A stretch of DNA of 63,831 nt, filler included, from Neoconidiobolus thromboides FSU 785 (GCA_025603075.1; 6 parts of 6 records of this genome joined end to end with filler, not necessarily neighbours in it); one strand, 5' to 3'. Numbered from the whole stretch's first letter, positions 1 to 14,233 are shown. Notes: generated by a model from the letters alone, not told the origin. Numbers and translations: made by a program.

Positions 1-1
1 A

Positions 2-856
2 CAAAGTGTAGTTACTAAAGACAATACATTAACGAAACTAGAAATAACTTCACCATGGGAGGTTAGAGCTAAACAAATAAGTAAAGAGCTCTTAGAAAGT
101 GACGTTACTGAAAAGAAGATGAATAGCCTTCAAAGTGAGAACAAAACATTATTCGCGTCCAATAGAAAGAATTTGGAATTACTATCTGATAAAGATCTTG
201 AAGTTGAGTTCCTTAAATTTAGAAATAATGAGCTCACTGAGAAGCTGGAAGAATTCAATACTATTTCGACTCAACTAAAAGAAGCCAATGAAAAGGAAGT
301 ACTATATAACCAAGAAATTGAAAGAATCTATGGTGAGAAGAAGAAACTTGAGCAAGATGTCGTTAAATTTAAGGAATTGGCTGAAAATTTAACTGTAGAA
401 ACTAAAGAGGATGATGGTACTACCGTACATAATAACGAGGCTCCAGAGGATATTAATAAAAACGTCAATAGTGATATGCTATTCCAAGTTACAGCTGATT
501 TAGTTGCGAACCAAAGAATAGGAAATATTGGCCATTTGGTTAAAATTATTTCCGAAGAAGTCAAATACATTAAAGCGGCTGATTTCACAAAAAGCCATGA
601 TTTAGTGGAATTAAATTCATATTCAAATGCTAATCAAGAAGAATTAAATGATATTGCCGTGGCGAATGATTTTGGAGACATTTTAGCTGAAGAAATCACA
701 GACTATTTCGTTAATGGTGGTAATAGCCTTTTATCTTCAACTGTTAGCGATAAATTAGAGCGTGAAGACGATTTAAGCAAAAAGATCAACGAGTTTAAAA
801 TTTTAACTACTAAATTTACTTCGGCTTCGAAGTTTTTGGATAGTAGTGAACAATAA
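2..856 (+). CDS. 3' part of a coiled-coil protein, probably dynactin p150Glued (DCTN1/NIP100/Ro-3) C-terminus; 5' end lies outside the window
   Basis: The frame is open from base 2, upstream of the tracked ATG at 119. It reads SPWEVRAKQISKELLESDVTEKKMNSLQSENKTL...KEANEKEVLYNQEIE, which resembles the p150Glued 'P(W/V)xxRA' segment followed by a coiled coil. Confidence 0.6.
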   Translation, partial: QSVVTKDNTLTKLEITSPWEVRAKQISKELLESDVTEKKMNSLQSENKTLFASNRKNLELLSDKDLEVEFLKFRNNELTEKLEEFNTISTQLKEANEKEVLYNQEIERIYGEKKKLEQDVVKFKELAENLTVETKEDDGTTVHNNEAPEDINKNVNSDMLFQVTADLVANQRIGNIGHLVKIISEEVKYIKAADFTKSHDLVELNSYSNANQEELNDIAVANDFGDILAEEITDYFVNGGNSLLSSTVSDKLEREDDLSKKINEFKILTTKFTSASKFLDSSEQ

Positions 857-1186
857 TATTACATTACCTGGGTTACTTTGTATTTTCAATCATAATCATT
901 CCGTTTATTTATTTATGATTAAAAATGTCCACGGTTTTACGTCGTCATCTTTTTGGCTTGCATAATATAGGTTTACCTATTTTTTCCGAAGCACATGTCG
1001 CGCCACCAGCAATCCAAACTCTTTATATTTACCTAATTTTTATCATATTCCATTTGATTAGTTTTATCCTTTTATTTCATAGAATATTATTTGATTTCAA
1101 ACAATTTCTCTTTTTCCTAGGTTTATTAAAGTTCAAACATTTTACAATTAGGAATTTGATTTTTTTAATATCAATATTTAGTATAT

Positions 1187-1285
1187 GGGGATGTATTTTT
1201 GTATTTAATAATTTTACTAACAATTTTTCCGCTTAAATAGTGCTTAAAAAATGGAAAAAATAATGAAGTCAAAAAAAACACTTCC
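1187..1285 (+). mobile_element. MITE family A copy (~98 bp)
   Basis: GGGGATGT...ACACTTCC termini with ATAT on both flanks; interior matches 15 other copies. Confidence 0.85.
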
Positions 1286-2118
1286 ATATGTTTTATTATC
1301 ATTTTATATTAGATCACTTTAAATAGTGTAACATAATGGAATTATTTACATGGAAGTTAAATTTCATAGATTTGGTTTAAAACAAAGCATTATTTGCTTA
1401 TAAGTATCAATAACTAAAAATAAAATTATATAAATCAAGTTAACAACGTTACATTTAAAGAAAAAAATAAATAAATTGAGTGAGAATGTCGTATATATTC
1501 ATTAAAACTAAATGTTTAAAGGACTAGGGATACTTATAACTGAAGTCATAAAACTTGGGAAGTTATAGTCTCTCATACAAGGACTTTTAATAAGGGTTAA
1601 AGTAATAAATCTATCGGAGGTTCTTTATATGCTTCAAATTTACTTTCGTAACTCTTGTCATAGCTATATTTATGGTAAAAACAAAGTGAGTGCTTTTATC
1701 GTCCAAAATGATATTTAAATGTTAGTGGGATTACATGGGATCTAATGATAGAAATAATAGAAATAATAGAAATCATTGCTGATCCGAAAATAAACCTTAG
1801 AGAAATTCCATGTTCTATTTATATACAAAAGGCAGATAATTTAAGAATATTTTAATGTAGCTAAGCCCTTAAAGAGTGTGTGGTGAATATCTATATATTG
1901 CCAGTAAAAAGGATAGTGGCTTTAAGTCAAAATAACAAAATAAATAAATAAATAACAGGGCTTTGATTAGAAGGTTTCAAGATATTTTCGGTCAAATTTA
2001 TCTAGATAAATTCTAAAAGAACTATAAAATAATTGGCTAAATGAGGAATAACTTCAAAGTAAGTATATAGAATTTTGGAACTCTATTTTGATTTTAAAGT
2101 AATGATGCTTTTCTTTAA

Positions 2119-3345
2119 ATGTTAAACCTGATATTTATTTATCTGTTATTACCAAATTCCATATTTTGTGATAATCTTGCTTTAATTGGCACAACAAGTA
2201 CTATAGTCAATGATGCATTGTATACTTTAGGTGGGATATTTACACAAGGAAATAATGAACTAAAACAAGAAATGAATAAAGAGATTTATTATTTAAATCT
2301 CACTGAGGGTATTAAATTAAATGAAAGGAAAGAAGCAAATTGGAAAGTATTTGAAGTTAATAATAAAATAGATAAAACATCCGAAGCGAGTTCAATAAAT
2401 TATAGGGAAGAAATTGTAGTTGTTGGAGGAACATTTACAAAATTGGAAGAGAGTATTAGGTCATTTAACACATCAACTGGGGAATGGAAGACTAATGAAA
2501 AGGGAAGTAAGTTTATTAAATACTTATTTGGCAATAAAACTTTAAGCTATGGCTTAAAGGGCAGTACAGTTAATATCAATGACAAAAATCAAGATCAGAT
2601 TGTCATTTTCGGTGGAAATTGTGAACTTGAAGAGTCTGAAGAAGATGACACAATCAAAATAGGCTATAAAGGGGTCATTGTTTATAATATCAATAAAAAT
2701 GAGTGGAAGGTTATTGGAGAAAAAGAAGGTCATTATATATCAGAGCATGGAGCAGCGATATATAACGGGGTTTTATTAATATTTGGTGGTCATTCTTTCA
2801 ATTTTGATAGTTTTAGTTCATTTGAAAGTATATTATGCTTCGATATTGAAAATGAAACATGGTATAGTAAAAGTACGAGTGGGGAAATTCCAGCAACAAA
2901 AATAGGTTTTAGAGTTAAGTTAATCAATGATAAAGTATATATGGTTGGTGGAGCAACTGATGAAGACCCAAATACATTAGATAGTAGTCCTATCTATGTT
3001 TTAAATTTAAATACATTTACTTGGAAAAAAAACATGATTGAAGGTTTAGTAACAACTTTATTTGGATCTTTAGAGTATTATAATAATCATTTAATTTACT
3101 CTTTTGGCACCAATCTTGAGTTTTCTGGCAAAACTCAGCTTATTAACTTAGATAATTTGAAATTAGTCAATAAATTACCTTCAAAGTTGGAACTTGAATC
3201 AAGTCCCAATATAGCTGCTATTATAGGTGGTTCTATAGCTGGTTTTATAGTACTATGGATCATCTTATTCTTTGCAATTAGAAAGTTCCGAAATAGAAAA
3301 ACTTTTTCTGGAGCTCAAACTGATCCGTTATCTTCTGATGTTTAG
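2119..3345 (+). CDS. Kelch-repeat (galactose-oxidase-like beta-propeller) type I membrane protein
   Basis: N-terminal signal peptide; repeated hydrophobic-GG...W Kelch motifs (LYTLGG, VVVGG, VIFGG, LIFGG, YMVGG); C-terminal TM helix IAAIIGGSIAGFIVLWIILFFAI followed by RKFR; no introns. Confidence 0.8.
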   Translation: MLNLIFIYLLLPNSIFCDNLALIGTTSTIVNDALYTLGGIFTQGNNELKQEMNKEIYYLNLTEGIKLNERKEANWKVFEVNNKIDKTSEASSINYREEIVVVGGTFTKLEESIRSFNTSTGEWKTNEKGSKFIKYLFGNKTLSYGLKGSTVNINDKNQDQIVIFGGNCELEESEEDDTIKIGYKGVIVYNINKNEWKVIGEKEGHYISEHGAAIYNGVLLIFGGHSFNFDSFSSFESILCFDIENETWYSKSTSGEIPATKIGFRVKLINDKVYMVGGATDEDPNTLDSSPIYVLNLNTFTWKKNMIEGLVTTLFGSLEYYNNHLIYSFGTNLEFSGKTQLINLDNLKLVNKLPSKLELESSPNIAAIIGGSIAGFIVLWIILFFAIRKFRNRKTFSGAQTDPLSSDV

Positions 3346-5141
3346 TCTAAATTAAATATGAATACTTGTGTTTTTAAATATGAATTTGACTGAATTTAGA
3401 ACTAATGTGCTTTATCCTGTTAATATTAAAAAGCTTATAGTAAAACTATACAAATAATTAGTTCTTAAATAAAACGACTTAAATAAAAAATATAGTAGAA
3501 ATTCAGGTTTATCTATTAAGCTAATATCTTTACCTGACCAACAGTTTAAATTATACTGCTACCATAAGCCATAAAAACATCTTCAATAGTTTTGATATTG
3601 TTTTAGATTATAGGATAAAGTGATAAAAATAGACAGATATATATATAGCTTTTTTTCTATTCAGTATTTTGCTCACATTTTAGGTGTAAAATTAAAAAGA
3701 GCCAGTAGCTAAGCTCTCACTTAAAAGGTATGCTTAGCTTTATTTAGTATACACTAAAAAGATTTTTCCAGTAGAAAATTCACTTTTCTTTAGTTTTTAT
3801 TATATATATGGCTTTCGTTCTTTAATATAAGTAGATTATATATTAGTTGGTTGTCTATAATACGTATTTAAGTAAGCAACTTATATTTCTAGGAATTTAG
3901 AATTAAATGATGTTTGATAAACGAGCAATTAAAAGATGAAAGTAATTTAGTTACAATTGCTTTTATTGAAATGTGATCGTTTAAAATCAGTCACACTATT
4001 CTAATTAGTAAATTAAAAATATATTTATAATATTTAATCAATATGAATCACGTTTAGCTACAATTTTTTATAAGGCTTAAGTCTATTATTTATTTATTTT
4101 CTTATATTTTTTTAAGATGTAATAAAATTTAAATAGCTTTCCAGTATCCTAATAGAATAAATCTTCATGTAGAACTACTGGACTGTTTATGTTTTTTGAG
4201 CAAAGATATTGGGATGTTTTTTTGATTTCATTTTTCCGTTTTTTAAAGGCTATTTAAATAAAAAAATTATTAAAAATCAGAAACATATTTATAATATTAT
4301 ATAAAGTTTTTTATTAATAACTTTTATTGATTAATCTTTACAAAAAAGTTATGAATTAGTTTTTACCAAAATAAAGTTGAAAATTATGTATTTAGTAAAA
4401 AATAAAGCTATTGTTCATTAAATAATATTTAACAAAAATTACATATAAAACCATCTTTATTACGGTTTTTGAATATTTACAAAAACTGTAATTTCTTTTA
4501 CAAAGTATTTTATTAATATTATCTATAGTTGAAATATACTGTGTTTTTCTGGTTAGAGTCCCTTTTTCATTGCAGAAGTTTTACATGACTTAAAAAAATG
4601 ATTAATTTTTATTAATAAAATTTTATTGAATCATTTAAAAACTTTTATAATGAAAAGAGGATTATAACCAGAAAAATATGGTAGTGTGTTTTATAAATTT
4701 TAAGTGGATTAAAAGATGGACAAAATATTATAAATGTTATTATTATTATATTTAACTAATCTATAATTTAAAAAAAATTAGTATTTTAGCATGGAACCAG
4801 ACTATTTAAGCATAAAGATTATTTATTTCTACTACTAATTATACAGTGACAAGAAACGCACAGAAAAACTACCTTACTTATCTTTGTTTAATATTCATAA
4901 TCAAATTTCTCAATATTTTAAGACAAAAGATAGTGCTCAAACAGCAGCTATAAAAAAGGGGATTCTATAGCATTGAATAAATCACATGGAGAAAAATCTG
5001 TGGCACAAATCAAGCAAATTTCTATGATAAAAGCCTAAACATTCAACTTAAATAATTGGCGAATAAAATCAGCTAATTTATCCATCGCCTATTCTTAGTT
5101 GACTTTTTTACATTGTTGTTTATTTTAGTACAATTTACAGT

Positions 5142-8100
5142 ATGAGAGCATCATCAAACTCCGTAGAAGCAAGGATGGACCCAGACAAAAAGTGGGTGTG
5201 GGTTGAGGATAAAGAAGATGGATATATCGCCGGTTTTATTATTGAAGAAAATAATGAGCAAATCAAAGTGAACTTGACTACAGATGAGGTAATAAAGTTT
5301 TAAATTAAACAAATGAAACTAATTTTAAAAAGATCCGTTGGGTAAATGTCAACGATACTCAAAAAGTAAATCCACCAAAATTTGACCGACTTGAAGATAT
5401 GGCTGAATTAAGTTACCTTAACGAAGCTTCGGTAGCTCATAACTTGAAAACAAGGTATCATTCCAACTTGATTTACACCTACTCTGGACTGTTTTTGGTC
5501 TCGGTCAATCCATATTATAAATTACCGATCTATACTGAAAAAGTGGTTAAAGCGTATAAGAATAAAAGAAGAACTGAGATGCCGCCCCATATCTATGCTA
5601 TCGCTGATTCAGCGTTTCATTATATGCTGCAAAATAGGGAAAACCAATCGGTCTTAATTACGTAAGTTTTCAAATTATCAGTTTTAAAGTCGGAGTTTAA
5701 ATAATTTCAGCGGAGAATCAGGGGCAGGGAAAACGGAGAATACAAAAAAGGTGATTCAATATTTGACTTCAGTAGCCGCGGATAGGTCTCATAGTAAAAT
5801 CACTGGAGCGTTAGAAAAGCAGATTTTAAGAGCTAATCCCATCCTGGAAGCCTTTGGTAATGCTCAAACGATTCGTAATAACAATTCCTCCCGTTTTGTA
5901 AGCTTTTGTTTTCATTAGGTTAACCACTTATTTATTTTTAAGGGTAAATTCATTCGTATTGAGTTTAGCTCCGGCGGTCAAATTGCAGGGGCCAATATTG
6001 AAAAATACCTCTTTGAAAAATCTAGAGTTACCCAACAATCACCTCAAGAAAGAAACTACCACATCTTTTATCAGTTTATGAAGGGTGCGCCCAAAGAAGT
6101 AAAAGGTACTACCTATTAATATAATTAAAAAACGCCAATTAATATACAAATTAGATCAATTGTTAATTACCGGGGATTTAAATGATTATGGCTATATTAA
6201 AAATTCAGTAAAACATATTGACGGGGTAGATGATGTTACAGATTTTAAGATTACAAAAGTAAGTTAAAGATTTACTACTTATAATAATTCCTAACTTTAC
6301 AAAAAAACAGGATTCAATGGATATTATGAATTTTACACCTGATAAACAATTATTACTTTTCCGAGTTTTAGCAGCTGTATTACACTTAGGAAATATTCGA
6401 CCAGTTTCAGATAGGGATGATCAGGCACAATTGAGGGATACTTCAGCTGCTGAAAAACTTTGCCATGTTTTAAGCATCCCAGTTGCTGAATTTACAAAGG
6501 GACTTTTACGTCCTCAGATGAAAGCAGGTAGAGATTGGGTCACTCAAGCTAGAAATGTAGAACAAGTTTTGTATTCGCTTGAAGCTTTGGCTAGAGCTAT
6601 TTATGATCGTATGTTTGGTTTGTTAGTGGAATGGATTAACTCAGCTATGGACAGGCCGTCGGAAAAATCTACGTTTATTGGAGTTTTAGATATTGCAGGA
6701 TTCGAAATCTTTGAGGTAATTTAATTTGAATTAGTATATCAATGTCATTAGTAAACAACGTTACTTTATAGATTAATAGCTTTGAGCAACTTTGTATTAA
6801 TTACAATAATGAAAAATTGCAACAATTTTTTAATCACCACATGTTCAAACGAGAGCAAGAAGAATATTTAAGAGAAGGGATCAATTGGAAATTCATTGAT
6901 TTTGGGCTTGATTTACAGCCAACCATTGATCTTATTGAAAAATCAAACCCAATCGGTATTTTTTCTTGTCTTGATGAAGAGTGTGTGATGCCAAAGGCTA
7001 CAGATAAAACCTTTACCGAAAAATTGATAACCTTATGGAAAGACAAGAGTGATAAATTTGGTACTTTGAAATTCAACCAAGGGTTTATGCTCAAGCATTA
7101 TGCTTCTAATGTTGAATATCGCACTGAAGGCTGGCTTGATAAAAATAAGGATCCTCTAAATGAAAATGTTACTAGATTATTAGCAAACTCGTCAGAAAAA
7201 TACATAGCTGATCTTTTTGAAGATTATTCTAAAGAATCAACTATCTTTATTACTAGAAATCGTGCAAAGAAAGGACTCTTTAGGACTGTCGCTCAACGCC
7301 ATAAAGAACAGCTTTCACTATTAATGAATCAGCTTAATACAACTGAACCTCATTTCGTACGTTGTATACTTCCCAATCAAGACAAGAAACCAGGAAAAAT
7401 TAATACACCATTGGTACTCGACCAGTTGAGATGTAATGGTGTACTTGAAGGTATCCGTATCTGTCGAGCAGGTTTCCCAAATCGACTTCCATTTTCTGAA
7501 TTCAGACAAAGATATGAGATATTGGCACCAGGTGCTATTTCTAAAGGATTTATGGACGGAAAGAATGCAACGCAGCTTATTCTAGAAGCTATTCAATTAG
7601 ATGTTTCAAGGTATAGAATTGGTAGCAGTAAGGTCTTTTTCAGAGCTGGAGTGGTAAGTTAATCATATAGTATAAAGGACATTATGTTAAGCTTATTTTA
7701 GTTAGCGGAGCTTGAAGAAGCTAGGGATGCCAATCTTTCAAATACCATTTCGCAGATTCAAGCTACGTGCCGAGGTTTCTTGGCAAGAAGACTTTATCGT
7801 AAACGACTTGATCAACTCAAAGCAATCAAAATCATTCAAAAGAATGCGAGAGTTTATGTACAACTTCGAGAATGGTCATGGTGGAAGTTATATACCAAAG
7901 TCAAACCATTATTAAATGTGACTAGAGTTGATGAAGAGTTGAAGAAAAAAGAAGACTCAATTAAAGGTCTAGAAAATACCATTTCAGCTGAGAGAAACAA
8001 CCGAATTGAAGTTGAGAAAATAAAGAATGAACTTGAAAACGAAAAGAAAAAACTTGAAGAACTCTTGATTGGGGAAAGAAATGCTGCTTTAGATAATGAA

Positions 8101-11100
8101 GAGATACTTAGACGTACCCAAAAGAGAGAAATTGCTTTAGAAGAAGAACTTAGAGAAGTGGCTGGTGAGCTTGAGCACCTTGAATCTCAATTTGAAGAAA
8201 CTTTGGGATCGAAATCAGAATTAGAAGCTAAATATAATCAGATTGTACAGGAATTAGAAAATGAACGATCATTTATTTCAAATTTAGAAAAGGAAAGGCA
8301 ATCAAAATCAAACCAACTTAAAGAACAAGAACAAGAGTTTATGGCATTAAGTGAAAAGGTACAAAAACTCGAAGTTGAACGTAAAGATTTGGATACTTTA
8401 ATTATTGAACTTCAAGAACAATTGAGCCTAGGCAAAGATCAAGAAAATGATCTTTTGAAAACCAAAACTAAGTTAGAAGGCCAAATTAACGAATTGACAA
8501 CTAAACTATCTAAAGAGTCTGAAGAAAAACAAAAAGCAGATGAAAAAAAGACCAAGATGGAAAGTGAAATGAAGAAGGTGATCCAAAATTTGGAAAGCTC
8601 TGAAAAACAAGTCCAAGCGTTACAGAGTGAGTTAGACAAACAGATTGTAGAATTTTCAAATCTAGGAACCAAATTAAAATCGGAAGAAAGCGGAAAAGCT
8701 GCTTATGAAAAGGAAAAGAGAGAGCTTTTATCACAAATTCAAACCTTTGAAAGTGAGCTTGAACTTGAAAAAGTTGAAAAGGATCAATTGTTAAAGAGTA
8801 GAAAGAAGCTTGAAGAAGAGATATCTGAATTACACAGTTTAATTGAACAAAAGGGAGATGAAGAAACCAAACAGAATGAACATCGTCGACTTCGTGAAGC
8901 TGAATTAAATCAACTTCGTGAAGATCTTGAAAAATGTCGAACCGACCTCCAAGAAGTTCGTAGAAACAACTCACAGCTTTCTGACAGCTTGAAAAATGAA
9001 GTCGAGAGGTTAAAAGCAGAGAATGAAGCTTTAAGCAAATCTAAAGATGCCCTAGATTCTCAAATAAAAGAGCTTGAAACTCGCCTCGAATCTTCAGAGC
9101 AAAGTGTAACGGTCTTAGAAAAGGCCAAGAGGCAGCTTGAAAACCAAATTGATGTTTCTCAAGATAAAGTGGCTGATTTGGAAGAATCTTTGAATTCAAT
9201 TAAAGCTGGGAAAGACGATCTTGATAAATTATTAATCTCTTTGAATTCTCAATGTGAAGAAGCAGAAACTAATATGTCTCGAGTTCAAAGAGAAAAACAA
9301 ACTCTTGAGCGTCAAATGGCCTTGCTTCAAGAAGAACTTTCAAAGGAAAAGGAAAAGAGAGAGACTTCCGATTCTTCAAGAAAGAAGCAAGCCATTGAAT
9401 TTGCTGATCTCCAAGCTCGCCTTGAGGAAGCTGATATCACCAAGAATGACCTTAGACGTAAGCTTGATCAAAAAACCGCTGAGTTTGAAGAGATTAAAGA
9501 TAAATATTCTGAAGAGTCAATTGAAAGATTATCTTATATTGAAGAAGCTAAACGTAAAGTTGAAATGGAGTTAGCTGAACTTCAGCCTGCCTATGAAGAG
9601 TTGAAGAGGCAGTATTCATCAATGGAAAAATCGCGTACTCGATTAGTTTCAGAAATCGAAGATTTGAAACACGAAGTCGAGGTTGAACATAGTAATGCAC
9701 GTAATGCAGAAAAGCTTGTTAAACAGATAGAATCCCAACTAAATAGTATCAATGTTCAAAATGAGACTGAAAGGCAAGAAAAAGAATCACTTGAAGCCAA
9801 TTACCGTAAATTACAATCATCTTATGCTTCCCTTGAAAAACAATTGGACGAAAAGCAAGATCAACTTTTGAAAATAACAAAGGGTAAAAGTGATATGGAA
9901 ACTGAATTAAGATCCTTGATCAATGAGATTGGAGATGGAGGAAGAAATCTACATGAATTAGAAAAGGCTAAAAGGCGATTGGAAGGTGATTTGGAAACTA
10001 AGAAGTTCGAAATTGACGAGCTTGAAGTTAAAGTATCAAAAGCAGAAGAAATACGCCGACAAGTTGAAGAAGAGTTTGCTACCTTCAAACAGATGCATGA
10101 AACTGAATTGCTTTCTAAAGATACCAAATTGGAAGAAACAAGACGTTTGTTGCTTAAAGAGGTGAACCAACTTGGAGAAAGACTAGATGAGGAAGTAGCA
10201 AGTAAAAATGAGCTATTAAAAATCCGTAAAAAGCTTGAAGATGATATTGAAGATTTAACTTCCAATGTAAATTATTCAACGCAATCGAAATCTGATTTAG
10301 AAAATGCTAAAAAGAAGGCGGAAGAGTATATTAAAGTTTTACAAGCTACCCTTGAAAGTGAAGAAAGGTTAAGAACCAATTTTGAAGAGCTTGCGCAAAG
10401 GCATGAACACAAATCCAACCAATTACAAAGCAAGCTGGAAGGGCTTGAACTCCAACTGGAAGCTACAGAAAAAGTAAAGAAACAATTGGATGAAAAGGTT
10501 CAAAGCCTTACTACCGAGCTTGAAGAAGGGGAATCTAAAGCTTCATTGATGGAAAGTATCAGAAGGATTGAGAAAGAGAAGAAACAACTTGAAGAAGATT
10601 TGCTCGAAGAAAAAGAAACTCGACTTGCACTTGAAAAATCAAGAGGCGACGATACTACTGAATTATCCAACCTAGGATCAAAGAGTAATAGTGAAATGAA
10701 AGAACAATTGGAAAAATTAGAAGAGTCAAGAAGAGCTTTACTTGTTGCTCAACGCGTAGCCCAACAAGATTTAGAAGGTAAAGAAAGGGAATTGGAAAAT
10801 GTTATCAAGAGCAGGGATGCGGTTCAAGGTGAAGTTGCATCACTTAAACAAAAGCTTGAAGAAGAGATCAGAGCTAAAAACTCTGAAGCTGCTTCTACTC
10901 GTAAATACAAGCGTGCTTATAGTGAATTAAGCATCAAACTTGAATCTGAGCAATCGAGAACCGCCGAGTTTAAGGAGTCTATTGAAGTATATAAGAAAAA
11001 AATTGAGGATTTGATGGATAAGCTTGAAGAAGCAGAAATGGAAAAAAACAAATCTCAAAAAGATCAAAGTGCTTTAGAATCTCATGTTGAAGAGCTTGAG

Positions 11101-12646
11101 AAAGAGATATTAGAAATCAATGACAAGCTTAGTCATGCTGAACAACGTACAATGTTACTTGAAGAACAACTAAATGATAGTGAGTTCAGGTCCATTCCCA
11201 ATGATGATTCTGATATTTCAGGGGGAAGATTGGAACTTTCAGAAGAATTGAAACGACTCCGTGAAGATGCTGAAAAGGATTTCCAAGAACGTGCACAGGA
11301 ATTAGAAGAAATTCGAGGTAAATACCAACAAAGGTTAACTGATTTAACCAATGAACTTGAGACTTCTCAAAACGATTATATGGCATTACAAAGTGATAAT
11401 CTTCGATTAACTTCGCTTGTCGATGAATTGAATAACAAATTAGATTCAAACTCATTTTCTGTTGAATCTTGGAAAAAGGAGAAAGAAAAATTGGAAATCA
11501 AATGTGAAGAATTGACTACATCGCATATCGAAGCCACAGAAAACGTAGAAAGATTAAGTTATGATCTAGACAAAGTTAAATCACAATTAAAGATGACTCA
11601 AGGTGAATTGGAAGTTAAAGAAAGTGAGATCGTTAGTTTGACAAAATCAAAACGCTTTTTACAAGACCAGTTGGATGAAATTGAAAATAGGTATAATAAT
11701 GCTGATTTAAATCGGGCAGCTGTTGAAAAATCATTATCCATGGCAGGGCAAGAAGCTAGTGAATTAAAGGAGATACTTGATCAACAACAGGAGAAATTAG
11801 ATATGTTAACCTTCCGACTTTCTAAGTATGAAACTACTATCTCTGAGAACCAGAATGAGCTAAGCAAAGCTCGCCAAATGAATTCAGATCTCATGAAGAG
11901 TAAGCATGTGCTTGAGAAACAGATTAAAGATCTTACACATAAACTGATTGACCTTGAATCTAGCAACTTTTCAGAGTCAGCATCTAGTTCTAAGCGACTT
12001 GGAGTTCGAATTGATGAATTAGCTAAACAACTTAGTGATGAAACAAAGGATAAAAACGAATTATTGCGTAATGCACGTAAAAATGAACGCGTTATTCGAG
12101 AACTTCAGTACCAATTGCAAGACAAGGATAAGTTGAAATCGGTTCAAGAGGCCTCGCAAATCAAAGCAAATCAAACTATCCAACAGCTTCGTAATCGCAT
12201 TGATGAATTAGTAAGTCCATTTTTTAAATATAGTTGGAGTAAATATACTAATTTTATTAGGAAAACTCAGAAAGTAGTTTGCAGTTGATTAAGCGTAGAG
12301 CAGATAGGGAAATTTCTGAAGAAAAGGAAAAGAATCAAAGGTAATTTCAATTGAAGAGCAACTATAATATCATCACTAACTCATTTTTAGACTTGAAAAT
12401 GAAATCGAGAGATTAAAGCTAAGATTAGAAAAGAATATATCGACTTCAGTTTCACCTTATGGGTCCATCAAATCCCCAGCAATGTCAATCAATACTTTGA
12501 AATCACCTGTTATTGGGACTTTGAGCTCCTTGGGACAAGGTACAAATTCAAGTAGAAAGAAGTCATTAAGAGGACCTTCGATAGCAAGTTCTAACTTTAG
12601 AGAATTACTTTATAAGTTTTCACCTGAAGGAGACAACTTAAACTAA
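5142..12646 (+). CDS. Myosin II heavy chain (multi-exon; start approximate)
   Basis: KKWVWV N-terminal SH3-like segment, P-loop [61 protein letters not shown] motif and [14 protein letters not shown], then a coiled-coil tail of more than 1400 aa. Two terminal exons after the introns at ~12211 and ~12342 end at TAA 12644-12646. Confidence 0.96.
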
Positions 12647-12885
12647 ATGTTCAAATCGTATCATTATAATAAATTTTAATATAATTTTAATATAATTTTA
12701 ATATAAATGTGAATTTGTTATGATATTCGTCTATATAAGATAAAAATACATATTGGAATAATTTGATTAATTTGATTAATGAAATATTTATTTAAAAGAC
12801 AAGATCAAGTTCTAATTTTATAGCACTCTCATTTTTCAAGTGTTAGTAATTCTAAGCCATTTTACAACTTGATTATATTACTACA

Positions 12886-14233
12886 CTATTCTTCCTCTAT
12901 AGTTTTTCCCAAGCTATAAAATGGGATTTTATGAAATAGTACATTCAATCTAGGAGTAATTAGCAATAAGTGATTTACTGGAATAGGTAGCCAATCATTT
13001 TGTTCAAACGTTAAAGGTTCTGTTATATAACGTTAACAACTAAACATAATATTTTAAGTATAGCACTTACCTGATGCTACTACCACCAGATTATCTCTTT
13101 TATCTGATTTAATCTATTAAAAATTAGCATGGATATAAGTTTGCTTAGTTAGCTTACCATATTATATCTCCCGGCTTCTGTGCACTCAAATCTTGATCCT
13201 AAGAAAGGATTAGTAAATTAAAAATATAACATTTTCTTCTTAAACTACCTGATGACCAAAATAAAGAAGCAGGGGGATGGTTAGGGGAGCTGTTGAATCT
13301 GGTACAAATCACTGTTTTGCCATCAGTGACACAAAAATTTAATAGTGAAGGGGAAGTAATATTGGCATGATAACTCAGTTCCCCTAAAATATCGATTGTT
13401 TTTAGCATAGCATCGCGTAACTCAGTAGGTTCAAAGGTTTCTTTGTCTGCGTCTTCTAGCTGTTTTTTTACTTTAGTTGGTATTTTTTTTATTAACTTGA
13501 TTTCCTTACTTGATTTAAAAACAGAGCAAATGCCCATTCACTATCTGTATTGCCTTGAATATGTAAAAAAAACTTCTCATCAAGCTGATTTTGTAGATTT
13601 CTTTTTATCTTAAAAAATAGCTTAGCAAATCACTTTAGAGCTGAAATTGAATTCTTACTTTATCGAACTCAGATATATGACCATTGTGCATCCACATAAT
13701 GGACTTATACTGCCATGGATGGCCTTAAAAATAGAATAAAATAAAACAATAATAAAAGTAATAGTGAACAACTTACAATTTGTTTCTGAAGCTGGAGTAC
13801 CACCTGTAGAAGCACGAACATGAGCAAACATCAAAGGAGACTTTAACTTTTCCGCTAAACGATGTAGATTCATGTTGTTCCATGCAGGTAAAACAGAGGT
13901 AAAGATGCAAGGGGATGGATCTGAAGGCTCATACCAACCTTAATTTTTTAGTTTTTTTTACTCTGCCATATGACCTTATAAATTACCTAAACCAAATCCA
14001 TCACCTAATACAAAGTTAATAAATAAAATTTATACATAAAAATAGTAACTACCATTCAATGGCCTTCTTAAATCTACTCTAAGTTTACAATCATAAGATT
14101 GAGTGATGATTGAATGAACTGGTCTTGTTATTAACTTTAATCAAATTAGTATAGATTTTTAAATAAAGTGTTGTTCAATTACATCTGCTATCAAAATCGG
14201 TTCTTTTCCTTTATATAATATTAGTCGACACAT
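12886..14233 (-). CDS. DUG3: Class II (Ntn) glutamine amidotransferase Dug3, glutathione degradation (multi-exon)
   Basis: Starts MCRLILYKG (Cys2 nucleophile); contains RRPLNGDGFG, PAWNNMNLHRLAEK, FAHVRAST and NCHPW...MHNG; last exon VASEPLTFE...EEE*. Confidence 0.92.

Noticed and set aside
925-1236. 103-aa hydrophobic ORF; likewise 39993..40274 and other short AT-rich ORFs
   Set aside because: Phe/Ile/Leu bias is expected from AT-rich DNA, several overlap MITE copies, and none has a motif or paralog.
4791-5000. ATG GAA CCA GAC TAT TTA (MEPDYL) as a myosin first exon
   Set aside because: It is suggestive, but there is no canonical donor site or open frame linking it to 5142, so it cannot be supported without transcripts.
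6834-11966. Minus-strand and alternate-frame ORFs within myosin
   Set aside because: Shadow ORFs of the long coding exon
12664-12705. Short tandem repeats (ataattttaat x3 here; atagaaata x3 at ~1748; 22-bp x2 at ~43190; 18-bp x2 at ~62906)
   Set aside because: Ordinary slippage products in AT-rich DNA
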